In this document: piece by piece, positions 25,501 through 40,019 of the stretch | How the letters are laid out: each line of letters opens with the position of its first letter | How positions within the stretch are numbered: the first letter of the stretch is position 1 | Origin: Octopus vulgaris | Taxonomy: Eukaryota | Length of the DNA: 64,000 bases | Reading direction: 5' to 3' | Assembly (NCBI GenBank): GCA_951406725.2 | Contig: OX597816.1 | Span: 91,698,001 to 91,762,000, forward strand | Made by a program: the position numbers and the translations under genes | Notes under the pieces: model-generated | The model's input: only the letters and a program-made list of their open reading frames with translations | The model's database searches: none | What the model was told of the DNA's origin: nothing

Positions 25501-27030
25501 AATGATTAAGTAGCTTCTCTGACACTACAAGAATACAAGCACTAATGCTACAACTGTATCAGGAGCAACAGAAGCCATGAAGCACAAGTAACTAGTTCCA
25601 TAATTAGGGAAGAGACCACTCCCAAAGCAGAGGAGATAACTACTGATGTAGTTATCCTGTTGCCACAGTCAAGGAAGATTACAAAACTGGTATCCCTGGA
25701 GGTTTTGCAATCACACCTTATAACAATATCAGTCTGTGTTTATATGAGATACATCTTTGCTCAAACAAGGAAAACTGCTCATGAAGGATTAATGGTCACC
25801 ACTCTATCTGGCCAAATTTCAACCAGTGTCCTACTTTGTATAACTGTCAGGAAGATCAACACATTTTCCTATGGTCACTGAAGCAGAAATGAGTATTCTA
25901 CCATGTCCTCAAACAGACTGTAAGCACCAAGCCACTTTCATATTTCTACAGTCTGTTATCCTTTCTCCAATTACTACATACACTGAGAGATTTCTTACAC
26001 TTTTTTTGGAACAGTGATGAGCTTTTAGATAGGTATTCATTGTCACAGAGATGTATGCTTTCATAGCTGAAGCTGATTTCCACTCTTCAGCTCAGTCTAG
26101 TCAGTGATATGAAACCCACTGGTTTATTGACTCTACAACCAGCCTTCATATGCTAGGAATCCATGTATGGTCTTAGTCAACCCTGTTTTAATACATACCA
26201 TTTTACTCTGTATCCTTTGAATATTATAATATCAGAGTTTGATCACATGCTTGAATTTGAAATAATTCCGATTAAAAGTGCATTAGGTTATCACCATTGT
26301 GTATGATTCTCAAAAAACATCAGGTAATTTATATCTTTGTAAGGACTGTTATACATTCAACATCAGTATTCAACATCTAGGTCATTCATTAGTTGACCAC
26401 TCACACACAAGAGTCTCCTCCCTCACTAAACAGTGCACTGGTTTCCTCAAAGACATATTTTGTCAGGGCATACAGCCAGATGCTGGGGGATGACATTCAC
26501 AAGACAATAATTAAAATGCCATTTGGCCTCCAAATGGTATTTGTATAAATGAGTTTGTATAAATAATATCATAACTGAGATAGTCAAGGCTTTTATATAG
26601 CACTGGATTTCCATATATGCCACCCCAGTCAACATCACAACTGGTAGGGAAATGGCATACTTGTTATGCCAGCAATCAAATCCATACTACCACTTGCCTT
26701 ACAGTTGCTAACAGTGAAGTGAAACATTTTTATTATAAACATATATCAGTACAGAAACACTAGACAAACTGCAATAAGTGGTACAAGTACCTTCCTCTTG
26801 TACAACTAGGTACATGCTCCATTGTGAAAGATCAATTTGGATGTACCCCAGGCAAACCTCAGTATGGTAGCACCAAGACATAATTGCACCTAGTAGTCCT
26901 ACTGCAACACCAAACCTTTTGAACCATATTCATAGGCTAAATGAGCACTTGATTAGTACATTCATTACCAGTTATTACTTGGGTTACAATGGCCAACAGT
27001 ACAAGTCTAACTAAACCTCTCCAAATGTTT
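25500..27030 (+). mobile_element. Highly decayed Gypsy pol relic (PR, RT start, integrase)
   Basis: MVTEAEMSILP (DTGA.VS.LP-like), FVRAYSQM..DDIHKT...PFGL, WYKYLPLVQLG...GCTP...YG. Confidence 0.65.
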
Positions 27031-27097
27031 ATATGTTTTGTTTGATGTGACAATCAAGAACCACTTAGGAAACTCTTTTCAAAAAGAGTGTGTGTGT

Positions 27098-27140
<43 letters not shown>

Positions 27141-27298
27141 TGTGCGTGTATGTGTGTTTGTGTGTATATATATATGTAAAATACAGTGTACATTTAAACA
27201 CATTAAGGGGTAGCCATCATAGGACTCCCTTACGTTAGAAGGAACAGCTAAAGTCCAAAACCACTAATTAAGGATATATGTATATGTATGTGTGTATA

Positions 27299-27365
<67 letters not shown>

Positions 27366-27490
27366 CATGCTAGCATGGAAAGCGGACGTTAAATGATGAT
27401 GATGATGATGATGATATATGTATACATGTATATGTATATATGTATATATATATATGTATATATATATATACACACATATGTATATATACA

Positions 27491-27548
<58 letters not shown>

Positions 27549-27830
27549 GCACTTGTGTCCGTGCTAGTAGGGTGCCAAGAGCACCATCTGAGTGTGATCG
27601 TTGCCAGAGCAGCCAACTGGCTTCCATGCCAGTGGATCATAGCGGATCTTCTTCTAGCATAATGGATGTCCATTTACATAATGGATGTCCATTTACTTTT
27701 ATATCTATGTAATATAATTTTTCTGAAACTTCAGATTTTTCAATATGCTAGACCACTGGTTTTAAATTGACATTAATCAAATTAATATCCAATTTTTCAC
27801 CCTTATTATTTTAAATTTATATATATATAT

Positions 27831-28735
27831 ATCATCATCATCATCGTTTAACATCCATTTTCCATGCTAGCATGTGTTGGATGGTTCAACCGGGGTCTGG
27901 GAAGCCAGGAGGCTGCACTAGGCTTCAGTCTGATCAGGCAGTGTTTCTACAGCTGGATGCCCTTCCTAACATCAACCACTCCGTGAGTGTAATGGATGTT
28001 TTTTATGTGCCACCGGCACAGGGGCCAGAGGAGGCTGGCGAATGACTACAATTGGCCGGTGCTTTTATGTGTCACTGACACGGACACCAGTCAGGTGGTG
28101 CTGGCATCTGTCATGTTCGAACGGTGCTATTTACGTGTCACCGGCTCAGGTATCTTAACTACAATTTCCATTTGATTTTTATTTTGATATTGGTGTTGAT
28201 GTACTTGACTCAGTAGGTCTCCTCAAGAACAGCGGGTCACTCTATGATCAAAGGTTAGCACAGGAGGCTATCCTGTGAGCCATGAACTCACTTCATTTGT
28301 TGGGTCTTCACAGTCACAGCATATCTCAGAGGTCTCGGTCTTTGTCATTTCCTCTGTGTGGCCCTACATTCCACCGGCATGGGTGTCACAACTACAATAT
28401 CCATATGATTTTTATTTTGATGTTGATGAACTTGACACAATAGGTGTCCTCAAGCGCAGCAGGCCATCCTGCAAGCCATGAACTCACTTCATTTGTCGGG
28501 TCTTCGAAGTCACAGTATATCTCCAGAGGTCTCGGTCTTTCATCATAGCCTCTGTGAGGCTCAACGTATGAAGGTCATGCTTGACCACCTCATCCCATGT
28601 CTTCCTGGGTCTACCTCTACCCTGGATTCCTTCAACAGTTTAGGAGTGGCACTTCTTCACACATCTCTCCTCATCCATCCGTAGTACATGACCATACCAA
28701 TGCAAACGTCTCTCCTGCATGCTACATCCGATGCT
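27831..28735 (-). mobile_element. RTE LINE 3' end with internal tandem duplication
   Basis: (ATC)n tail at 27831; ~28140-28370 is repeated at ~28372-28565. Confidence 0.85.
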
Positions 28736-30353
28736 TCAACAGCTTTGACTGTCTAAAACCAGTGGATTTGTAGAGCAATCAATCTCTCAACAGTACCTTA
28801 TCCAATTTAAACCTATTTTCAGCACATCAGAGATACTCAATCTTCAATCTCCTATCAGGAAGCTCAAGACAAAAATGACACTCGCTCTGGCTAGCCTAAT
28901 TTGTGCATGTGCTCCATTTCTCATAAAAAAAGACTTTTGTATCACCATTTACACTACTTTTTGTTTTGATGCTTTTTGATAAGTGCTTTCCAACAATCTA
29001 ACTGGGAAAATACTAGATCATCATTTTTCATTTTCCATTGTTTTTGTGGGCGTCAATAAGCCACTTTGGCTATATAAACACAATGCAAATTGTTTCACAT
29101 TTATCTCCTTGGTAGATATCATTACTGCAGAAATCAACAGAATTTTTTTCCTTCTGACATATCGCCCATTTAGACTAGTTTTAAATACTAAGACATGTTC
29201 GAGCTGAATGAGAAATCAATTTGTTGTTTCTCATTTTCTTCAAATTTTCTTGTATCACAAATCTATTTTCTTTTCTCCTAGCCTCACCGACATTGTCTGC
29301 TCCCTTCTCTATTCAAGGACATATTCTTATCGTTGTTTGTACAACAGTGAGTTATACATTTGACTCTATAAAAACATTTATGAAAACATACATTTTTGGA
29401 AACTCTGCTTTTATTCATGTAATTTGGACAATTTTTTTTCTCTGTATGTATTGTTGCCTACTTTGAACATGCAATTCACCAACTTTTGGAAGAACATGTG
29501 CTGTTTAATTAGTTTGAATTATAGTACCAGTAACATAGAGGTTTTTACTTCTGGCAGCATACAGGAAATAAAAGATAACTATTTTAATTTATTCATTATT
29601 GCTATCTCTGTGTAAACTCATTTTCTACACATGCACATACAGACACACAGACACAGACCCCCCCACACACACACACAAATACACATCATATTATCATCCT
29701 CATTTTTTACCCATTTCTCCATGGGTTGGATGCATTTTTATCTGCAGAACAACACCAAAAACAGTGACCTCACAGACAACACCAACATGCTATACATGCC
29801 ATCAAGACTGATAGATGAACAAAAATACTGTTGCGTAACCAAGTGTAGTATGCAGATCACTTTGTAAATTTCTTTCTATCATCTGATATTGGCAAGTTTT
29901 GAGTAGGGCGGTTGGAGAATGAGAGCCATTTTATGCTTTGCCAAAAAAGCCATAGGTAAGAAGTGACATATGAATAGGTGCCTTGTCATTGTTCAGCATC
30001 TAGATTTTGTTTGTCCATGTCATGGTTAGACCCTTCATAATGTGTGTGTGTGTGTCTTTATGTTTGTGTTCTGCCCTCACTACCAATTGATAACCAGTGT
30101 TGGTTTGTTTAAGTCCCCACAACTTAGCAGTGCCAGGCTTACAAAAAAAAGAGATATGTACTGGGGTTGGTTCTTTTGACCAAATAGTTCTTCAAGACAG
30201 TGTTCCACCGAGGCTGTAGTTTAATGACTGGAAAAAGTAAGTAATAAAAAGTAAAGATATATAATTTCTAGCATTTAGGGAAACACTTTATTACAAAAGA
30301 AGCAGATACAGTTTCCTTGAGAAATGGGGATTAATATGCTAAGTTCAACAAAG

Positions 30354-31543
30354 TGTAGGAGTGGCTGTGTGGTAAGTAGCTTGCTTACCAACCACATGGT
30401 TCTGGGTTCAGTCCCACTGCATGGCACCTTGGGCAAGTGTCTTCTACTATAGCCTTAGGCCAACCAAAGCCAGATGGAAGCTGAAAGAAGCCTGTCGTAT
30501 ATGTTTACATGTGTACGTATGTAAGTATTTATTAACAAACCAACTGTAACGAAGACAATTGAAATTTAAATGTACCGGCCAATCATATTTAGCGTTCGAT
30601 TCTTAACTATTTCTGAACGTAATACTTTACACATATCACAGTCGAAATTATGACTTGCACTCGCATATACGTCTGTACACTTGTGGAACTTAATATCATG
30701 TAAACCAATGTTTTCATTTTTCATTTTATATGTATATGCCAATCTTTAATGCTTTGCATGGTACTGTAGTATTATTGTTGTTGTTGTTTTTGCTATTATG
30801 TTGCTAACCGCATGATGTATATATTGTTTTGCTGGTATTAATGTTATTAATAATAATGATATTAGTAGCAATAGTGGCAATGATAATAGTAATGATGGTA
30901 ATATTAATGGCATTTTGTAACTTAATATAATGAACTCTTGACTTTGTATATCTGCATTTGAATATGGATATGTGTATGTTTTCTATATTGTAATATCATA
31001 ATATTATGTTGACCAACTGTAACATTGAATATTGAACATGTGATTGTATACTGATTTATATTATTATGTATATGTATATATATATATGTATAGGAGTATG
31101 GGTATATGCACTCATATGTATGTGTATATTATATATTATGGGTATGTACCCACTATTGTATGGGTGTACCTCCTCAGATATTCATATTTAATTTAGTTTG
31201 TATTTCATAATCACTGAATAGGCCTTGGGATATTTTTGTAAGTGTTTCATTTATAACTACATATTGACCTATCAAACATGGCTAATATGAGCATAATGAG
31301 ACACCCATATCTGCATGGCCGAAACAGCTGTAAGATGTAGTTTATATTTATATTTGTATTTATTTATATTCACTTATACATACTGTACTTATTGTATCAT
31401 ATTACTCTTTCATGTACATTGTTTTGTTCTATATTATTATGTTTGACCTTAATGTTTATATGTTGTGGTTTAATAAATTATGTGATTGGGTATTATCTGG
31501 TAGTTGATCATTGATTAAGATGTGTTTCTCCATTTTCTTATTT

Positions 31544-31592
<49 letters not shown>

Positions 31593-31812
31593 ATGTGTGT
31601 GTATATGTTTGCGTGTCTATGTCCCCCCACAACATCATTTGATAACTGATGCTGGTGTGTTTACATCCCCGTAACTTAGCAGTTCGGCAAAAGAGACCGA
31701 TAGAATAAGTACTAGGCTTACAAAGAATAAGTCCTGGAGTCGATTTGCTCGACTAAAAGGTGGTGCTGCAGCATGGCCACAGTCAAATGACTGAAACAAG
31801 TAAAAGAGTAAA
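30354..31812 (+). mobile_element. SINE A split by a ~1 kb AT-rich insert
   Basis: Head at 30354-30520 and tail at 31573-31812; the insert lies inside the internal microsatellite. Confidence 0.8.
31209..31337 (+). ncRNA. Degenerate hammerhead ribozyme with ~100-nt stem II
   Basis: CTGAATA (one mismatch to CUGANGA), GGCC...GGCC closing a long hairpin, GAAAC-AGCT-GTA. Confidence 0.55.
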
Positions 31813-31844
31813 GCTACCATGCTGAATGTAGTTGTTATTTGTCT

Positions 31845-32003
31845 ATCTGTTAAGTGTTTAGCATTAGGACGAGCATCCAGTCATAGGAACCATGCCAAAA
31901 CAGACATGGAGCCTGGGCAGCTCTTCAGCTGGTCAGCTCCTATCTAACCGTCCAACCCATGCCAGCATGGAAAACCGACATTAAATGATGAGGATAATGA
32001 TAA
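31845..32003 (+). mobile_element. RTE 3' tail fragment
   Basis: CCAACCCATGCCAGCATGGAAA..ACATTAAATGATGA. Confidence 0.75.
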
Positions 32004-32270
32004 TGTTTCTTCTCAAAACCCACTCTGTATGTGAGTCAATGAGTGTGTGCATGTGTATGTGTGTGTGTGAGACAGAGAGACAGACAGAAAGAGAGAGGGA
32101 GAAAGGGAGAGAGAGGGAGAGAGAGGGAGGGAGAGAGGGAGAAAGAGAAAGGGGGAGAGGGAGAGAGAGAAAGAGAGATGGTGAAAGGGTGATAGATCAA
32201 AAAGATAGATAGAGAGGGATATATATATAGAGGAATAGAGAGAGAGAAGGAGAAAGAGAGAGAGAAGGAG

Positions 32271-32301
<31 letters not shown>

Positions 32302-33063
32302 GCATATATATATCTCTCTTCTTCTCTCCCTCTTTCTCCCTCTCTCTCTATTCCTCTATATATATCCCTCTCTATCTATCTTTTTGCTCTATATCTATAT
32401 ATATATATATATATATATATGCTGTCTAGTTGTTAAAGATGCCTTTACCATTAATAAAAAAAATAGAAGAAATAATAATCATTTGACAAGTCCCATCGTG
32501 TTCAATCTTTCCAGCATCAGTTCGTATTCAGGATTACTGTACTCCCATATGGGTAAATTGACTTGGCGGCATTCTGATGGCATAAAGATTGTCTCTGTCA
32601 TGTGGGTAGAGCTTAGGAAGGGTACAGAGTTATCTTAACAGCTGGAAATGTTGACAGTCTTTACCATGCTATATGTTGGGTGTGGAAGGATGGCTGAGAA
32701 AGAGTGGAGAAGTCAGTGGTAGGGCATAGAATATATAATGTGTGACATTTTTCAAAAAGAAAGATGCCCTAAATTCAGGCTAAAAATATTGTAAATTTAA
32801 GGTTAAAAACTACGCTGAGAAGCTGTATACACTGGATACTTTATATTATTTTATACACACTCATTCATAGACACATACATATGTCATGCACGTATATATA
32901 CACATATATGAACAAAATATATATACATGCACATATATATGCATACATGATATATATATATGTATATACATATATATACACACACACATATATATATACA
33001 CATATGTATATACATATATATGCACATTCATATATATATATGTGTGTGTGTGTATATATATAC

Positions 33064-33167
<104 letters not shown>

Positions 33168-33989
33168 TAGACAAACAGTCATATACACAGACAGACAAAT
33201 AGACAAACAGATAGTTAGATATATATACATATATATACATATAGGTGGATGTTAAACGGTAATGATAATGATGATGATGATGATGATGATCTTAATTATA
33301 TATACATTATATAATCTAGTTCTTTCTGGCTTTCATTTCTCAGTTCATCTTAGAATTATCTTAATATCTGATTCCATGTTCATTTTGACTGAAACTTAAA
33401 TGTTTCAGTATCCAATGCATATAATTTATCTGGTTCAAACAAGAACTTGCATGGAAGACAAGTTGCCACAAATAGATATACTGAGTCCTGTAGCATTTTT
33501 AAAACACTCTAAATTCAAGTCAAAATTATCTCAACAGTTCAGGATATAAAAGTTGTTATTCTCCAAGAGATTGTATATATTGAATAAATATATTTAACAA
33601 ACAATAGTTGTTTTTTTGGAGGTTTTTTTTTACTGGCTTTAGCTTCTCAATTCTGTTTAGTGTTTCATATTGTCTGATATACAGTGAGTATAAATGAAAA
33701 TGTCACGACTAGGTAGTTAGGGAAAAGAGTTTATCAGAGATAATGAGAAAGAAAAGGATGTATTACTATGAAGAGAAAGAAACCAAAAACATAACAAAAA
33801 TATTACTATGAGCAAGTGAATAAATGAATTCAGGAAAAAGTCAAAGTGCACTTGGTGATCCACCTCAATTAAGAGTTCATCAATGTTATTTGTAGCTACA
33901 AGAACATCTTCATAATTTGTGTGTTGTTTGTAGGGTTGTTAAACAGAAATTTTAAAAAGCAGTATTTCAATAGCTAAAAGGCATCAAAT

Positions 33990-34440
33990 TATCATCATTG
34001 TTTAGTGTCTGTTTTCCAAGCTGGCATGGGTTAGCCAGTTTGAGTGGAACTCGTAAGCTGGAGAGCTGTACCAGGCTCTAGTCTGTTTTGGTTTGGTTTC
34101 TAAAACAGACTGGAGCCTGGTGTAGCTCTCCAGCTTACCAGTTCCTGTCAAATCATCATCATTTAACATCCACTTTCCATACTAGCATGGGCTGGATGGT
34201 TCGACAGGGGTCTGGGAAGCCAGGAGGCTGCACCAGGCCCAGTCTGATCTGGCAGTGTTTCTACAGCTGGATGCCCTTCCTAATGCCAACCACTCCATGA
34301 GTGTAGTGGGTGCTTTTTATGTGCCACTGGCACAGGTGCCAGGTGAGGCTGGCAACAGCCATGATCGGTTGGTGCTTTTTACGTGCCATTGGCACTGGTA
34401 TCACAACTATAATTTCCATTGATTTTTGATTGATTTCAAT
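33990..34440 (-). mobile_element. Two RTE 3' tail fragments with a local inversion
   Basis: 3' UTR motifs; hairpin at ~34047-34146. Confidence 0.7.
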
Positions 34441-35064
34441 AAAATACCAATAAAAGCACCTGAGCAAGAACATCACATAAATAGGTGGAAATATCAAAAG
34501 ATTTATATTAAAAAATTCATGTGAGACTGTGTTTGAATGATATAACAACACCAACCAAACATTGAATAACTTTTATTTCAACTCGCATATTATTGAGGTT
34601 GGTCATGAATTATAAGATTCCACAATAGCTCAAAACATTTGAAGGAATAATTCAGTAGTGTTCATAAATAGTTGATTACAAAAACTCTGTACTGAGATTT
34701 GTCAAGATAGGAGAAAAGTACACAGTAGATTCATTTCAGCCTACTAAATTGACATATTGAAGCTAGGCAGATGGTCATGAAAGAAAAAAACAACTATTAC
34801 AAACATCAATAGGATGTGGGTAACAGGTCTGCAGATTACTATGCACTCAGAAAGTTGATGCTATAAACAAGCCTTTATATAACTCTTGTACCAAGATGTT
34901 CCAGAAAGATCTATATTGATTTATCACAAGAAGCCTGGCTGTTGATTGGCCCATAACTTGGCCTCTCATTTAAACAAGGTTGTGCTATGTTGTGACATAA
35001 ACTTTGTAATTTGCCCAGTCAGTTTCAAGTCTGGCTACATTCCATATTTTCAAAGATTTCCTGA

Positions 35065-35850
35065 TCAGATGTAGAATCTGCAAGTTTCAAATGATTTATA
35101 AGCAACAATGAATCCAATTTTTTTTAACAGTTCATTTGATAGTTCACTATCATAACAACATTTACCTCTTTGTTTAAGTCCATATTTGATGTTCAAAACT
35201 TTTCTTAATATTTCCATACTTTGATAGTTATGTTCATTTGATTTCATAAAATCCATGTAGCTAAATATTCATCCCATATCAGCATTTGCACGTGGTAAGA
35301 TGAGATGTGTTAAAGCTGACTAGAAAAATCTTCAAATGGATCTAACCCTGTTGACTCCCGATACACTGAAAATTCAATCAAGAGAGAACTGTGTCTGAAA
35401 CTTTTATTCATCAAACATTTAAAAAAATTTTCTACTGAAACCAATTTTTGCCAGAATCTCTGAATCTTCATTAAAATGCTTTGCTAGGTCTATAATTCCG
35501 AGTTTTATTTGTTTGAGACATTCTGTTATGCTAAAATAACTCATTGACTGTAAAAAATGAAAACTCTTTGGAAAGCACTGTTTAATTTGCTCCAAATCTT
35601 CAACATCAAATTTTATGCGTTGGCTTCTTATCTCATTTTCTTGTAGCTCAGTAAATTTACACTCTGAGATTTTTATTTTGAGAATTGAGAATGAAGATAT
35701 GGTTTTAGATCCAAATTACTTTAATTGAACTTCTATCCTGGCATTATAGTTATTGAACTGGGTGAATCAATGAAGCACAGAAGATCATTCAAATTAGCGG
35801 AGTCTTGTGATTCCATTTCAAATTTTTGTTAACTCTTCAAACTTCAGAAA
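35065..35850 (-). pseudogene. hAT-type transposase C-terminal relic
   Basis: LILPRANADMG*IFSYMDFMKS..NIKYGLKQRGKCCY..LLKKIG (LP.SNA..ER.FS dimerisation motif); upstream LPKSFHFLQSMSYFSITECLK. Confidence 0.7.
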
Positions 35851-36360
35851 CTTTAAAAAGGGTAGAAAAACAGATTTTCTTGTTAGAGAAAATTTCTACC
35901 TGAATTTTGGGCAGTAAAATCTGAATTAAATTTTGATTTGACTTTGATGGAGATGCACTAACCTTAACAGTAAATTATAATATACTAAAAATATGCAAGA
36001 ATGTAATTTAGTGGAATTTGTGATGAAAATAATGAAAAAGCACAAAATTGGCAACTCTGTTTGCTCAAAGGGAAAACCACAAGACTGTGGAAGTGTTTCC
36101 TGGTGGAATATTTGGTTGGGATATTCATCTTAGTCACCAGCATTAGAAAATACTGAATATACATGTCATGTTACAATACTATCGAAAGTGTTTTCATCTG
36201 TACATGTCATATATTGTCAAATGACTGACTTAAATATTTTGTTTCACGGCCTAAGAAATTGAATCAAAGTGTGATGCCTTCATATATAGTGTACAATTCT
36301 TATACTGTCAGTAAATAACTGATTTAAAATATTTCTTTGTCTTATTGCTTTAATTATGTT

Positions 36361-36712
36361 TTATCTTTTTCATGTTTTGGTCATTGGACTGCAGTAATGT
36401 TGGGACACTACTTTAGCATGTTTAGTCAAACTAATCATCTCAGTATCTTCTTTCTTTTTAAACCTGGCATTTTGTCTATCAGTTTCCTTTTACCAAGCAG
36501 CTATTACAGGAACATAAATGAACCAACACTTGTTGTCAAGTGGTGGTTGGCTACAAACACAAAGACACACACACACATGACAGGTTTCTTTCAGTTTCCA
36601 TGTGCCAAATCCACTTACAACCCTGTAGATGGCTCAGAGCTAGTTGCCCAAGGTACCACATGATAGGGTTGAACCCAGAATCATGTAGTTGTGAAGCAAA
36701 CTTCATACTACA
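36361..36712 (-). mobile_element. Old SINE A copy
   Basis: Diverged reverse match to family A. Confidence 0.7.
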
Positions 36713-37049
36713 GCTAAAAGAAAGATGATTTGTTTTATTACTTTGTTTAAAGTATTGAAATAAACTGATTTTTCAAGTAACTTTTTTCTGTGACTTTTTT
36801 TCCTATGACTTTTTTTCAGGTGACCAAATAAATACATGTAGGGGAAGAAAAATGTGAGAAAAGGAAATGTAGTTGGTACCAAATTATCAACAAATATTTT
36901 ATACTAATATCAAATATTTTTCTATAGCGACCAACACACCAAAATAGCAATAAACACCCTAATTGAACAATTGACATACTGCTCCATTAAATGCTGAATC
37001 TAAAAAAAAAAAACCCCTTCTAAAATGTCTACTTTAATGAAGTGTTTAG

Positions 37050-38070
37050 TTTAACCACTCCCTACAGTAACAATGCTAAATTTAACAACTTTCTAAATCT
37101 AAGCCATTCAAGTACACTCAAATCTAACAGCATTATAATCTAACAATGCATTAACCTACCATTCTAATCTAGCAACACCCTAATCTTACAATATTCGGAT
37201 CTAACAACATTCTAATCTAAGCCATTCAAATCTAACAACACAAATCTAACATTATAATCAAACAACACTCTAATCTAACAATACTCTAATCTACCAAATA
37301 TAATCTCACAATACTAGTCTAAGACGCTAACTGAACAAAATTCTAACCTTAGAAACTTATAACTAAGACACTTTTGTAACAGGATGAGAGGTCCCCACAC
37401 TGGATGGGTGCAGCTTGCATCCTTTACATTAAAATATTAATCGAAGGAAAGAGTCAAGACTTCCGATTAACTTCAACAGCATAAATATTTTATTTCTGGA
37501 TTCGCAATATGTACATTCTTCCTTCAGGGCAAATCGGCAGCCTAGGAGCTCGTCGCAGTAGTTGAGTAGAGTGAGCCAAATCCTATCCATTCAAGCATTG
37601 CGGAGAAAACACCATGAGGTAGCAGCTTGAGAGAGCTGCTAAAACACGACTGTCCTGTTCGGCTGCCAGCGTTCGAGAGGACGATATGAGGGAAATCTCG
37701 CTGCTGCTAGTTTTCTGTGCATGCGCATGAGGGAACTTCCGGCAGGCCTCCGGAAGAATCCAACTCTGTGCATGCATGCTGGAGATTTCCAAGATGGTGT
37801 CACTACACTCTTATCTCACAACATTAATCTTATAACACGAATCTAACAACATTAATCTGACAACAAAAATCTAGTAACATTAATCTAACAATGCTCTGAT
37901 CTAACAACACTGATCTAGCAACATTTATCTAGGAAAACACTAACAACATTAATTTAATGTCCTCAACCTAATAATACTCTAACAACACTAACTGAATAAA
38001 ACAAATTTAAGGCCCTCTAACCTAACAATATTGTTATCTAACACTACAATAACTTAACACAATAATTACT
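37050..38070. repeat. Degenerate ~16-bp minisatellite (CTAATCTAACAACACT-like), interrupted by a solo LTR
   Basis: Repeated AATCTAACA units at 37050-37370 and 37808-38070. Confidence 0.7.
37375..37807 (-). mobile_element. Solo LTR (~433 bp)
   Basis: TGTA...TACA termini, 4-bp TSD-like CTTT/CTCT, GC-richer than flanks, AATAAA on minus near 37490. Confidence 0.65.
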
Positions 38071-38162
38071 CTCATAGTTTGTCGAATAATTAATAAGACA
38101 AATAATTACCATTAACAATGTTTATTACTAACACAAAACATTTTTAATATACTGGTATGGTA

Positions 38163-38482
38163 AAGCTGCAAGCTGGCAGAATAGTTAGCATGCCAGGCAA
38201 AATGCTTAGCGGCAATTCATCTGTCTTTTTGTTCTCAGGTCAACTTTGCCTTTCATCCTTTTGGGGTCAACAGAATAAGTACCAGTTGAGTACTGGGGTT
38301 GATAAAATCAACTTATCATTTCCCTGAAATTGCTGGCCTTGTGCCAAAATTTGAAACCAATATACAGGCGTCGCTGTATGGCAAAAGTTTGTTTCCCGAC
38401 TACATGGTTCCAGGTTCTGTTCCTTGTGAGTGGATTTGGCAGATGGAAACTGGAAGAAGCCTGTTGTAAATAAGTGTATACC

Positions 38483-38532
<50 letters not shown>

Positions 38533-38610
38533 TGTGTGTGTGTGCATATGCATGTTGTTGTGTCTGCTTGTCTTGATATCCCATGATTGTTACTGTCATA
38601 CAAGCACTGT
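38163..38610 (+). mobile_element. SINE B followed by a deleted SINE A/A2 head
   Basis: Family motifs present. Confidence 0.7.
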
Positions 38611-38619
38611 CATTAATTT

Positions 38620-39400
38620 ACTTATCATATCTTCCTTCACCTTGTCATCTTTTATTTTAGTTCCTAGCTCTGATTCTGAAATTACCAGCCACTAATCTAT
38701 GTTGTGTTGTACATTCTTTGCCAGGAAAGTTTTTGATTTTTACGATAGCCCTTCTGTCTCTATTCCAGGTGAGAATGTAGTCTATCAGCCTCATGTGTTT
38801 ATCAGATTGGTAAGTAATGAGGTGGGTGGTCAGTTTCCTAAATTGTTAGGTTAGTTGCATAACAGAACTCCAGTAGTCTTACAACATTCTTTATTTTTCA
38901 AATCATAACCATAGCTTCCATGTAGGTTGTAGAAGCCATCAACATGTTGGTCAACTTATCCTTTGAAATCATTAGCCATGATAACGAAATCTCTGTCAGT
39001 CATCATAGTGGTAATTTGTAGAAGCATAGAAGTGGTCCTTCTGCTCCTCTTGCAGTCCTGCTTGTGGAGTATATGCCAAAATAAATGTTGTTGAGTTGCT
39101 TATAATTAGTTTCAACCTTATTATCCTATCAAACACCTTGACTACCTCAATTATTTTATCTATTTCTCAGCTAATGATACATTTACTCCATCCTGATGTT
39201 ATTGTTACTCATCCAGAAGAATTTTTTCTTCTCGCTCTTGCCTGTAAAGGGTTTGGTTGATGATCTTTTCCATCTTAACTCTTGTACACAACATGCATCC
39301 ATTTGTTTCCATTCCAGCATCTCCACAATCTCACCAAACCTACCTTTCATTGTGCCAATGTTTATGATGCCATCCTAAAATTTTGGAACGTGGGCAAGAT
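38620..39400 (-). mobile_element. RTE LINE endonuclease-domain relic
   Basis: INIGTMKGR..EIVEML....DACCVQELRWK and FPGKECTTQHRLV. Confidence 0.75.
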
Positions 39401-39983
39401 CTTCAATAGTAAGCTGCTTGGGTGTTGGTCCATTATATAGTCTGACTGCAGTACTATCTGTGGGGAATAAAAAAAGTTGGGCTGTGCTTTACCAGCAATT
39501 AGCAGATTTATGCACATGATTATTTTTCCTTCATTTAATTTGCCATTATTAATTCATTTTCCAGTGCTTACTGCACATGCTACAGTGGGTGCTAATCGAA
39601 CTATTCTCAACAAATAAATAAATGAAGATTCTTAATGTCATTAAAAGTACCATTATCATGTGCATTTGCTATGACTATTTTGTAGCTGTTGCAGACAGGA
39701 TCTTAATGCAGGGCTAGTTGTATCTGGTATATAGAATAAATGAACGAGGTGAGGGGAAAACACAGATAGTCACAGAGAGTGGGAGGTGGGTGTGTTTTTT
39801 ACTGATCATGCAAGAGAAGTGAGAAAATGAGAAAACAATTTCCAGTACAGGTGGAGGGAATTGGCTATGGCAGTTTCATTGTGAATGAGGGACCCTCAAG
39901 GTTTGTGGGAATGTTGTTTTCTCCTTTCTTTCTTATGATATTATGTTGCTATGTATGTATATGTGTATACATACATACATACA

Positions 39984-40019
<36 letters not shown>

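Noticed and set aside
37050-38070. Interstitial telomeric repeat
   Set aside because: Unit is a degenerate ~16-mer, not (CCCTAA)n.
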